IMG/VR virus record: IMGVR_UViG_3300032244_000155
Location: 5,306-69,305 of that record
Reading direction: 5' to 3' (one strand)
DNA length: 64,000 bases
Origin: a virus
Taxonomy: Duplodnaviria; Caudoviricetes
In this document: positions 35,780 to 43,844 of the stretch, one piece after another
Layout of the letters: each line of letters starts with the position of its first letter
How positions within the stretch are numbered: position 1 is the first letter of the stretch
Notes under the pieces: generated by a model
The model's database searches: none
What the model was told of the DNA's origin: nothing
What the model saw: only the letters and a program-made list of their open reading frames with translations
Made by a program: the position numbers and the translations under genes

Positions 35780-36350
35780 TTTGTTCTTCCTCCATAAATG
35801 AATCGAATGCTGTCTCTTCTTTTTTCTTCTTAGTCTTGGGTGCTTTCTTCTGTCTATTATCTTCAAACGTTACAATAAAGTCACGAATGAATTGTTCCGA
35901 ATAAGAATCATGTAAAACATCATTTAGATTTGAGGTAACGTATTTTTCTCCGTTGTTCTCAATCAATGAATTGATGACTTCATTTTCCATACTCTTATAC
36001 TTTATGTATAAATGTTTTTTCTCTTTTTGTATCCTACGAAGAAAAGCATAATATATAATTTGGGTGAAATATGCAAATGGATTTTTTGATTTCTCCGGAT
36101 CGAAGTTGTCAATATATAGCAAACAATTTTCAACGCCATCGGATACCATATCTTCTTTGAATGTGTAATTTGCAAAGTTTGGTTTTCGCGCTAAATGAGT
36201 AGCAATCTTGAAAAGACAATCTCCGATATACTCTGGAACTCGAGGTCTTTCAGAATCAGATTCTTTAGATTGTTTTACAGAATTTTTGAATTTTACCATC
36301 TCAGATAAAAACTGTTCGTTATTTACATAGTGTTTTTGTTTTGTAGTCAT
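35751..36350 (-). CDS. 55: Late sigma factor gp55
   Basis: HYVNN..F, IGDCLFKIA..L..KPNF.NYT, NFDPEKSKNPFAYFTQI.YYAFLRRI; GAGG SD before MTTKQK. Confidence 0.96.
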   Translation of the reverse strand: MTTKQKHYVNNEQFLSEMVKFKNSVKQSKESDSERPRVPEYIGDCLFKIATHLARKPNFANYTFKEDMVSDGVENCLLYIDNFDPEKSKNPFAYFTQIIYYAFLRRIQKEKKHLYIKYKSMENEVINSLIENNGEKYVTSNLNDVLHDSYSEQFIRDFIVTFEDNRQKKAPKTKKKKEETAFDSFMEEEQNADAIARAA

Positions 36351-36367
36351 TTTCGCCTCATTGGTAC

Positions 36368-36396
36368 TTGACATTTACTTGACAGGGGTGTAGAAT
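36368..36396 (+). promoter_or_regulatory. Plus-strand (antisense) sigma70 promoter
   Basis: TTGACA-17 bp-TAGAAT on the + strand, pointing into minus-strand genes. Confidence 0.65.
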
Positions 36397-36410
36397 CAGC
36401 GTGTTGGGTT

Positions 36411-36779
36411 TCAATGAAATACTTTATTAATTACTTTCTCCTCTGTTATCTCTTCTCTAGTTGTTTCATATTCATCTTCATTATTCAATGAAGCTACATG
36501 CTCTTCATAAAGTTCTTGATATGATGATACAACAGCTAATGTTGGTTCTGCAACAGCAACTATGCCATGTTTGAATAGTCTTAATGGGAGAGAATAGTTC
36601 ATTAGAGGATCCCATTTTGTAAGAGTCATACGAAATGATGTATCGTTTGGATCAACTGGTCTATGAGTAATCATAACTTTCATAGGGAAATCGACTTCAA
36701 CATATCCTCTACTTTCTTCAGATACATTACCAATAATTGTTTCTCCGTTAGCCATTTTAATTATTTTGCAGATCATCAT
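36411..36779 (-). CDS. Conserved Sm-like hypothetical protein after uvsW
   Basis: IIKMANGETIIG..FPM; usual position in cyanophage-like T4 genomes. Confidence 0.7.
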   Translation of the reverse strand: MMICKIIKMANGETIIGNVSEESRGYVEVDFPMKVMITHRPVDPNDTSFRMTLTKWDPLMNYSLPLRLFKHGIVAVAEPTLAVVSSYQELYEEHVASLNNEDEYETTREEITEEKVINKVFH

Positions 36780-38239
36780 TTTTCCTTTAAATTTATATTA
36801 TAAATTTTATACTCAAACTTTTCATCATTGTAAATTTTAATTCTTTCAGAAAAATGATCTAGAGTAAAGTTATTTTTACTATTATATGATAAATCATCCG
36901 CAATGTCAAATAGTGTAGCTTGCTCTTTATTAGATCCTAAACGTAATCCACGACCAATAGATTGAAGAGTTCTAATCTTACTCTTACTTGGTGAAGCAAA
37001 AACAACATTGTGTAAATTTCGAATATTTATACCAGTCGAAAATGTCCCGTAAGAAGCAACAATGATTGCATTACTTTCTGTTTCTGTTAATCTTCTAACT
37101 TCCTCTCTTTCTTCTGCATCAACATTACCATGTATGAAAAAGACTGGGCGAGATTCTTCATCAAGAGTGCTTTTAATTAATTCATGTAGAACTTTACCAT
37201 GTTTTTCTACGAATTGATATAATAATAGAGTATTACCTTTCAAATCCATAACTAGATTTCTTATGAATCTATTTCTAGACTCTTTACTAATAATATAATC
37301 GATTTCTTCTTGATAGCGAAGACCTTTACATTGTTCGCATGATTCTCTATCATGTTTTAGTAAAAGTGCTTTAATTTTAAACTTTGCTAGTTTACCTTCG
37401 TCAATTAATTTCTTTGTTGTTGTAATTTGCTTTACTCTACCAAACAATCCTTCAAGTACCAGTTTATGAGTTTGTGTGCCGTCAAGTGTTCCAGTTAAAC
37501 CAAAACGATATGCACATGTTGTCATGTTTGTTAAAATTGTAGTTAGAGATTTTGCTTTAAATAAGTGTGCTTCATCTCCTATGATCAAATCAAATTTATT
37601 AAACCATTCTTTTGGCATCTTGTAAACAGATTGCCATGTAGATATAACGATTGGTAGATTTGTATCTTTCTTTGATCCAGCAGTGATTTGATGTACGTTA
37701 GCATTGCTATCGTAACCATAAGATTCGAAGTCTTTATATAATTGAGCAACAAGAGAAATTGTTGGAACAATGATTAATGTTTTGCAATTTAAATATCTCG
37801 TAATGAGATATATGATTAGAGACTTACCAGAAGCTGTTGGAGATATTAGCAATCCTCTTCTTGCTCTTATTGCATAGATAAATGCATCTAATTGATAGTC
37901 TCTAACTTCAAATGGTAATCCAAGAGTATCAATAAATTCTTTAGCATCTGATGTAGAGAATTCATCATATAGATCAACAGACTTATCAAAAACTAATTCA
38001 TAATCTCTTTCTTTAGCAAAACTAATAAGATATGGTATAAGACCATAGTATAATTGTCTTGTTGCTAAAGTAAATAGACGAATCTTACCATCCCATATCT
38101 TGTTACGATATGCTGGCATGAATTTGTATCCTGGAACATAAAACGTAAAATATTCGTTTAGATCCATTGCGCTAGAACCTTCGCATTCGATTCTAGCGTA
38201 CACTTCATTTAATTTAGAGACAACGAGTTTATTATACAC
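36776..38239 (-). CDS. uvsW: DNA/RNA helicase UvsW
   Basis: VRDYQ, SPTASGKS, DEAH, GLTGT, QSIGRGLR. Confidence 0.96.
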   Translation of the reverse strand: MYNKLVVSKLNEVYARIECEGSSAMDLNEYFTFYVPGYKFMPAYRNKIWDGKIRLFTLATRQLYYGLIPYLISFAKERDYELVFDKSVDLYDEFSTSDAKEFIDTLGLPFEVRDYQLDAFIYAIRARRGLLISPTASGKSLIIYLITRYLNCKTLIIVPTISLVAQLYKDFESYGYDSNANVHQITAGSKKDTNLPIVISTWQSVYKMPKEWFNKFDLIIGDEAHLFKAKSLTTILTNMTTCAYRFGLTGTLDGTQTHKLVLEGLFGRVKQITTTKKLIDEGKLAKFKIKALLLKHDRESCEQCKGLRYQEEIDYIISKESRNRFIRNLVMDLKGNTLLLYQFVEKHGKVLHELIKSTLDEESRPVFFIHGNVDAEEREEVRRLTETESNAIIVASYGTFSTGINIRNLHNVVFASPSKSKIRTLQSIGRGLRLGSNKEQATLFDIADDLSYNSKNNFTLDHFSERIKIYNDEKFEYKIYNINLKEK

Positions 38240-38666
38240 CTTGTGTAAACTTCTTCCATTCTATAGCATTTTTAATTTGAAAATTTCTTTGATTGATGTT
38301 TTTAATAACTTCTTCAAGGAAGAATATTTTCTCTTTTTGATTCGTCTGGCGAACGTTTGATTGTATAATCTCTTTGTCAGAGTCTAGATACATATCAACT
38401 TCATTCTTCAATAGACGTTTCATAAAAGGTTCCCAATTCAATTCGTCCAACTCTTCTTGTGACATTTTACCATTATAATATTCATACTTCTTTAGTCCCA
38501 ACTCTTTACTTTGAAATTCAAGAGCCTTTAATTTTCTACGCTCATCAAAATAAATTTTAAGATACTTGCTATGTAGTTCTGGAATTTTGAGTGATTCTAA
38601 ACCAAGTTCTGTAGAATCTACTGTAGAATCTTCTCGCCACGCATCCATAATTTGATCTAAAGTCAT
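38232..38666 (-). CDS. uvsY: Recombination mediator UvsY
   Basis: ESLKIPELHSKYL, YYNG, RNFQIKNAIEWKKF. Confidence 0.93.
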   Translation of the reverse strand: MTLDQIMDAWREDSTVDSTELGLESLKIPELHSKYLKIYFDERRKLKALEFQSKELGLKKYEYYNGKMSQEELDELNWEPFMKRLLKNEVDMYLDSDKEIIQSNVRQTNQKEKIFFLEEVIKNINQRNFQIKNAIEWKKFTQGV

Positions 38667-38695
38667 GCATCACCCTTTCAATGAAATGATCTAAC

Positions 38696-38724
38696 ATCAT
38701 ATCATAGTTTTAAACAGGTGTCAA
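38696..38724 (-). promoter_or_regulatory. sigma70 promoter for uvsY-uvsW
   Basis: TTGACA-17 bp-TATGAT with extended TG. Confidence 0.75.
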
Positions 38725-39216
38725 TTCGTAATATGTGTAATTGAATGTGGCAGTTGAAGTAACGAATTCTTGTGAATCAGTTGTTGTAAAATCAATCCCA
38801 CCAAGATCTGTTGGATACACTTCATTAAATGTAATCTTCCACATAGGATTGTTTGCATTAGATTTTATGAATAAAATAGCATCTGATGTAATGCTATTAG
38901 CTTTTCCTGGGTCTTGTGTCAATGTTCCTAGTTTATTAAATGACGTAGGATTACCCAATTGAAATATCCAATTATAGATTTCATACCACGATTGCATATC
39001 TTCATCAACAATGAATGATAGATTCAATGTTCCGAATGTTATGATATCACCAGGAATGCTTACTGCAGCAAACGGAGTGTTTACTTGTGTTGATTGTAAT
39101 GTGAGTCCTGGTAGATTTACACTCTGAACAAAAAATGTAAAATTTGGAATTCTTCCTAACGTAAATTCAAATTTATTATTAGAAAGAAAACTTTTATTAA
39201 TCGGTGGAATGTTCAT
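38710..39216 (-). CDS. 3: Tail tube terminator/completion protein gp3
   Basis: FFVQSVNLPG, PGD.I.FG.L.LSFIVDEDM..W.EIYNW, FNYTYY. Confidence 0.88.
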   Translation of the reverse strand: MNIPPINKSFLSNNKFEFTLGRIPNFTFFVQSVNLPGLTLQSTQVNTPFAAVSIPGDIITFGTLNLSFIVDEDMQSWYEIYNWIFQLGNPTSFNKLGTLTQDPGKANSITSDAILFIKSNANNPMWKITFNEVYPTDLGGIDFTTTDSQEFVTSTATFNYTYYELTPV

Positions 39217-39233
39217 AATTATCTCCTTTCACA

Positions 39234-39241
39234 TATTTATA
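39234..39241 (-). promoter_or_regulatory. Late promoter TATAAATA
   Basis: Exact match upstream of gp3. Confidence 0.8.
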
Positions 39242-39246
39242 GGAAA

Positions 39247-39275
39247 TAAAAAAGGGGATCTTTTGGATCCCCTTT
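39247..39275 (-). terminator. Terminator after the major capsid gene
   Basis: aaaggggatc/gatccccttt stem plus T run. Confidence 0.85.
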
Positions 39276-39304
39276 AAAACCACTCTTACGGTGATTTAAT
39301 CAAA

Positions 39305-40645
39305 TTACATTAGATTTGTAATCGAAATTCTACGGTAGTAGATGTTCTTATTAGCAAATGCCAGTGTTCCGTCAGCTGCAGATGTTGCGAATGGGTTTGC
39401 AACCATTCCGTAACGTGTCTTGAAGCCGATCTTTGGCTGGAATGTATCCTGGCCAACTGCACGAACCATTTGTAGAGGAACGTATGGGCAGTAGAACAAG
39501 CCAGCGTCAAAAGCTGATGTGCCTTTGTAGCCGATTGTTGCATAGTGTGTGCCAGCTGTAGCTGCGAAGTATGGATCGATATAAACTTTGAAACGTCCAT
39601 TTAGAACACCAGCAAATGTATTACCGGTATCGTCAACTTGTAGGCTATTTGCTAGAGCAGGTGTATAGTCAAGAACACCAGCCATTTGCAATGCAGAAGC
39701 AACGTCTGAAGAGCAAATTAGGATGTTACCTTTACCACGGCGTGTTGCTTTAGCAATTGCGTTAGCTTCGCGCTCTAGTTGGAACATTAAGCCCTTGAAC
39801 TTCTCAACTGACCAACGACCGTTTGAGTCAACGTCTAGGTTGAAAGTACCAGCTGTTGTAACGTTCTCTTGTGCACCAACTGTTGCTGTCAAATTAATTG
39901 TACGAACGACTTCACGATTGATCTCAGCTAGGATCTCTGTCGAAAGAATGTTCGCCAACTCTTGCTCTGCGTCAAGACCGTGAACTGCTTTCAAGTCCTG
40001 TGCTAGTTCCATTGTGTACTCAGCTTTTAGCGCACGGCTACGAGCTGTTACAGCAATCTTTTCAATTGAAAAAGCCATTTCTTGGAACTGGTTACCAGCT
40101 GCATCGCCAAGTGCTTCAGCTTGTGCAGTTGTCATACCTGTACCGCGTGTGTACTCAGTACCAGCAGATAGATCAGCAGGTGAAGCACCTGTTTGTGTAA
40201 CTGCGTTTGTTGCATTAACAGACGAGAATGCTGTGTTAGCTTCGTTAAACAATGCTTCTGTTTGACCTTGACCTGTGTAACGTGAACGCATTGCGAAGAT
40301 CAAGCCTGTTGGGCCTGTCATTGGCTGAACACCGCAAATGTCATAAGCAATTAGATTAGGAGCAGCGCGGCGAACTAATGAAATTAGAACTGGATCGTAA
40401 ATGTCGATGTTGCCATCACCAGCTGTAGAAGAAGATGCGCCCATTGCGTTAGCTGGGGATGCTTCTGTTAGTAGTGATGTTTGATTGCGATAACCACCAG
40501 ATCCAGCAGCGTCTTCGCGGCATGAACGTTCTTGATTTTCAAGAAGTTGTGCTGTAACGGCGCGCTTGTGTGCGTCTTTGATTGTGTTTAGATCAGGATG
40601 ATCTAAAACTGGTGACCATTTCTTAACTAGATTTTCGATGCCCAT
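39305..40645 (-). CDS. 23: Major capsid protein gp23
   Basis: KWSPVL, CGVQPMTGPTGLIFAMR, SRALKAEYTMELAQDLKAVHGLDAE, YCPYVPLQ, FKTRYG. Confidence 0.99.
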   Translation of the reverse strand: MGIENLVKKWSPVLDHPDLNTIKDAHKRAVTAQLLENQERSCREDAAGSGGYRNQTSLLTEASPANAMGASSSTAGDGNIDIYDPVLISLVRRAAPNLIAYDICGVQPMTGPTGLIFAMRSRYTGQGQTEALFNEANTAFSSVNATNAVTQTGASPADLSAGTEYTRGTGMTTAQAEALGDAAGNQFQEMAFSIEKIAVTARSRALKAEYTMELAQDLKAVHGLDAEQELANILSTEILAEINREVVRTINLTATVGAQENVTTAGTFNLDVDSNGRWSVEKFKGLMFQLEREANAIAKATRRGKGNILICSSDVASALQMAGVLDYTPALANSLQVDDTGNTFAGVLNGRFKVYIDPYFAATAGTHYATIGYKGTSAFDAGLFYCPYVPLQMVRAVGQDTFQPKIGFKTRYGMVANPFATSAADGTLAFANKNIYYRRISITNLM

Positions 40646-40675
40646 GTTTTTCTCCTTTGAGATTTATGTTTAATT

Positions 40676-40683
40676 TATTTATA
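40676..40683 (-). promoter_or_regulatory. Late promoter TATAAATA
   Basis: Exact match upstream of gp23. Confidence 0.85.
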
Positions 40684-40688
40684 AAAAA

Positions 40689-41432
40689 TTATTTTTTGAG
40701 TGTTCTAGAAATATTCTGAACATAATGACTCATGACAGGAGAGAATGACTCTTCTAATGTAGATGTTTCTTCATCCATTTGATTCGATTTTGTAATGATT
40801 TCATCGCTGCCAGCTTCATCAAAATATTTCTTTTTTGTCAAAAGAAGTTTCTGCTTATAATCATTTTCTGTAATGAACTCAATGTTCTCAGACAATGATT
40901 TAAGTTTCGCCAATTGAACTTCAGTCAGTCCTTCCGAAATGTCAGCTACAATCTTTTCTTTCTTGTAGCCATTAATTTCTTCTGTTAGAGAGACATTATC
41001 TGTAATAGCTTTGTCTAATTCAGATTCTAAAATTTCAACTTGTTGTGCAAATTCTTCAACAATTTCAACTTTGTCTTCAGGAATGTCAACATAATGCTCA
41101 TTAAACAAATTCTTTAGTCCAATCATGAAGTCTTCAGCTAATTCAGCTTTAATTCCAGATTCTACAGCTAGTTTATTTTCTTCCATCCACTCTGTAACAA
41201 CGTATTCTAGATACTCATCAATTTTTGTAACTAGATTTTCATTGATAGACTGAACTTCTTCAACTAGCTTTGCTTCGAATTCTTCTTCTAGTCTTGCTGT
41301 TTCTTCAGAAACTTTCGCAAGAATTGCTGCTTCAAAGATTGATTTAGCATTGCTTTTGAATTCTTCAGAAAGCCCTTCGCCAGAAAAAATAGCAGCGATA
41401 TCAGCATTCGTGTCTTTTAATTGTTCTGTCAT
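40689..41432 (-). CDS. 22: Prohead core scaffold gp22
   Basis: LSEEFK..A..IFEAA, DEYLEYVV.EW, upstream of 23. Confidence 0.92.
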   Translation of the reverse strand: MTEQLKDTNADIAAIFSGEGLSEEFKSNAKSIFEAAILAKVSEETARLEEEFEAKLVEEVQSINENLVTKIDEYLEYVVTEWMEENKLAVESGIKAELAEDFMIGLKNLFNEHYVDIPEDKVEIVEEFAQQVEILESELDKAITDNVSLTEEINGYKKEKIVADISEGLTEVQLAKLKSLSENIEFITENDYKQKLLLTKKKYFDEAGSDEIITKSNQMDEETSTLEESFSPVMSHYVQNISRTLKK

Positions 41433-41471
41433 GACAGTCTCCTTGTAAAATGCTTTAATTTATTGATATTG

Positions 41472-41479
41472 TATTTATA
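41472..41479 (-). promoter_or_regulatory. Late promoter TATAAATA
   Basis: Exact match upstream of gp22. Confidence 0.8.
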
Positions 41480-41484
41480 AAATA

Positions 41485-42135
41485 TTATAGTTTGGAAATG
41501 AAATCTTTAAAAACTTGAATCATATTTTCTTCTAAGTTTTTCTTAGAAGACTCTTTGATGATCTGTTGATGTTGTGCAATTTCAACTTCTTTAAGAATTC
41601 CATTATCCCAAATCCACTGTTTGTTTTCCATGACTGCTCTAACGTATGCATCAGGAGCAGAGGGGTCAGCAACAATATCAGCAGCAGTAGCAAGATAGAA
41701 GTCGTCCATTACTACGTTGATTCCGTCTTTTCTCTTTTCCATTGAGCCAAGACCTCGAGTAGATACACCAACAGTAGCACCTTCGCTTAATAGATTTTTT
41801 ACAATATTTCCATAAGGTGTGTCCATGATCTTTGCTTTGCCGATGAAATCATTTCCATCTTGACGCAATTCTTTAATCATGTGAGATACACGTTCTAAAT
41901 TGATTGTTGGTCCTTCTGGATGACCTAACTCACCATATGCACGATTCTTATCAATGTATTCTGTTTTGTATCTATTACTTTCTTTTTGTAGAATTGAAAG
42001 TGGATACATTCTATTGTTTCTATTCTGGCGCTCAGCTTGCATGAAAACGCCTTCGATATAATATTGTTTACCGCCAGCTTCTGCTTGTTCGGTAAAGAAT
42101 TTAATCTCTTCGTTAATTTCTTGAATTAGTTTCAT
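41485..42135 (-). CDS. 21: Prohead protease gp21
   Basis: IEGVFMQAE..NRNNRMYP, GELGHP, VSTRGLGS, DIVADPSAPDA. Confidence 0.97.
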   Translation of the reverse strand: MKLIQEINEEIKFFTEQAEAGGKQYYIEGVFMQAERQNRNNRMYPLSILQKESNRYKTEYIDKNRAYGELGHPEGPTINLERVSHMIKELRQDGNDFIGKAKIMDTPYGNIVKNLLSEGATVGVSTRGLGSMEKRKDGINVVMDDFYLATAADIVADPSAPDAYVRAVMENKQWIWDNGILKEVEIAQHQQIIKESSKKNLEENMIQVFKDFISKL

Positions 42136-42401
42136 TTGATCCCCGCAGATTTTCTTTTTCTAATTGATATTGCTCTTTTTCTTAACATAGTCGCAATTTT
42201 TGAAACTCTTTTTCTTGCACCAACTCTTTGACCAAGTTTACGATGCATTTTTTCTTGCGAAGACATTTTTACAAGTTTTCCATTAACAACTTTGTATCCA
42301 GCCATTCCTGTCACAGCAACTCTTCTTTGAACTTGGCTGTGTCGAATTCTATTGACCTTAACAATTCCAGCTTCAGATAAAAAGTCTTTAAAGCCAAACA
42401 T
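42132..42401 (-). CDS. 68: Prohead core protein gp68-like
   Basis: Basic small protein just upstream of 21; GYKVVNGKLVKMS. Confidence 0.7.
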   Translation of the reverse strand: MFGFKDFLSEAGIVKVNRIRHSQVQRRVAVTGMAGYKVVNGKLVKMSSQEKMHRKLGQRVGARKRVSKIATMLRKRAISIRKRKSAGIK

Positions 42402-42403
42402 TT

Positions 42404-42853
42404 TTAAGGACTAATTCCGTCATCAGTAGTTTCACGACTTGTGTAACCAGTAGACTTCTTGCCTTCCATGATAATTGTATATGCACACCCGCTAGTAAAA
42501 CCAGCTGTCGATAAAAGAATATCGCCGTTAGCACCAGCACCAGCATTGTTTGTCAATGGCATACTACCTTCACCAACTAGATTCCAAGAACCAGTTCCAC
42601 TTAATGTTGTAATTAGAGTGTTTGTATTTCCGCGCCAAAGCAAATTAACTCTAGTATTTGCTGCTGAAACATTCCAAAACAATTTAGTGATTGATAATCT
42701 TTGTGTAGATGAATCTCCATTTGATGCAACTAACGTATTAGCAGAAATTTTAACTACGTTCGATTCGCCAGTTCCATCTGAAATGTTTGTTAATTTAACT
42801 GCCCATGCAGAAGCATGGTCTTTCAATATTTGTGTGCTTACTGCATCAGCCAT
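42404..42853 (-). CDS. Putative virion structural protein
   Basis: MADAVSTQIL..VKLTNISDGTGES; beta-rich; within the head operon. Confidence 0.6.
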   Translation of the reverse strand: MADAVSTQILKDHASAWAVKLTNISDGTGESNVVKISANTLVASNGDSSTQRLSITKLFWNVSAANTRVNLLWRGNTNTLITTLSGTGSWNLVGEGSMPLTNNAGAGANGDILLSTAGFTSGCAYTIIMEGKKSTGYTSRETTDDGISP

Positions 42854-42855
42854 GA

Positions 42856-43596
42856 TTATTCATCCATTGTTTGTTTAGCGAATTCTAGAAGGTCTGCTGC
42901 GCTTTCTTCTAATCTATTCATGAAAACTTGTTTGTTTGATTCACTCAAATTTGAATATACTTTATATAGAAGATCAGCATCTGCGCTTTCTTTCATCTTT
43001 GCTTTGATTGTGTTATATGCTTTTTGTGCAGCTTCTGGTTTGTTCTTTACCATTGCTGATGCAACTGCATATGGCCCACCTTTGTAAGTGTCACCAACTT
43101 TTTTCTTAGCAAACTCTTTGCCAATTGTGTGAGCCATCTTAGTTTGTTGTGGCGTAAAATCTTCTTCATCTAATTCTTCAACTTCTTCATTTTGTTTCTT
43201 TAGATCCATTTTCAAATGACCAGCATCATGTGCAGCTTTAAGAACTGCATGACGATCTTTATAGCTTCCATTAAATGTGTCTTTTGTTAGATGGGCTTTA
43301 TATTTATTGTGATGCTCAGGTTTAATGTGCTTCAATAAAGCTGCACCTGCAGGATGTAGATTGTCTTCAATTGCTTCGCCGAACGGCTGTTTATTGTCTA
43401 AACGATCTGCTGGACGCTTACCAGATGCAGTTTTAATTGATTTCGGACCAATTTCTTCTGGACCAACATGCTCCAAATCGCCCGGATCTTTAGTCTGTGC
43501 TAGATACGAAACGCCAGAAAGTTTGTTTGCAATACCTTCTTTGTATTTTGCACGTTCAACTTCATCTAATTGAATAAAAGATTTAAAGGTCTTCAT
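42856..43596 (-). CDS. Probable internal head protein
   Basis: N-terminal MKTFKSFIQLDE resembles the T4 capsid targeting sequence (MKTYQEFIAE type); several L-x-E sites. Confidence 0.6.
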   Translation of the reverse strand: MKTFKSFIQLDEVERAKYKEGIANKLSGVSYLAQTKDPGDLEHVGPEEIGPKSIKTASGKRPADRLDNKQPFGEAIEDNLHPAGAALLKHIKPEHHNKYKAHLTKDTFNGSYKDRHAVLKAAHDAGHLKMDLKKQNEEVEELDEEDFTPQQTKMAHTIGKEFAKKKVGDTYKGGPYAVASAMVKNKPEAAQKAYNTIKAKMKESADADLLYKVYSNLSESNKQVFMNRLEESAADLLEFAKQTMDE

Positions 43597-43804
43597 CTAC
43601 ATTTCCTTCTGAACTAAATTGAAACTCTTGTTGTTGGTCTTCTTGTTGTTGCCCCTCATCATTAAAAATTGAACCTGCCATTTCCATCTTTTTAACTGCT
43701 AAAAAATTTGAAACTTTATCAGCTAAAATATCTTCAATGTAACTCTTAAATTCGTGAGGCTTTCCTTGCGATGCATTATTAATTGCAGATTGAATATTTT
43801 CCAT
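43583..43804 (-). CDS. 67: Prohead core protein gp67-like
   Basis: Small protein, FKSYIEDILADKV..KKMEMAGSIF, acidic tail, first gene of the head operon. Confidence 0.65.
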   Translation of the reverse strand: MENIQSAINNASQGKPHEFKSYIEDILADKVSNFLAVKKMEMAGSIFNDEGQQQEDQQQEFQFSSEGNVDEDL

Positions 43805-43834
43805 AGTGTAATTTCTCCTAATTTTTTCTTTATA

Positions 43835-43842
43835 TATTTATA
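43835..43842 (-). promoter_or_regulatory. Late promoter TATAAATA
   Basis: Exact match upstream of gp67. Confidence 0.8.
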
Positions 43843-43844
43843 AA

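Noticed and set aside
36414-36491. 25-aa hydrophobic + strand ORF (MKYFINYFLLCYLFSSCFIFIFIIQ) after the antisense promoter
   Set aside because: No SD, and its composition is explained as the reverse complement of a Glu/Lys-rich tail. Worth a look only if ribosome profiling supports it.
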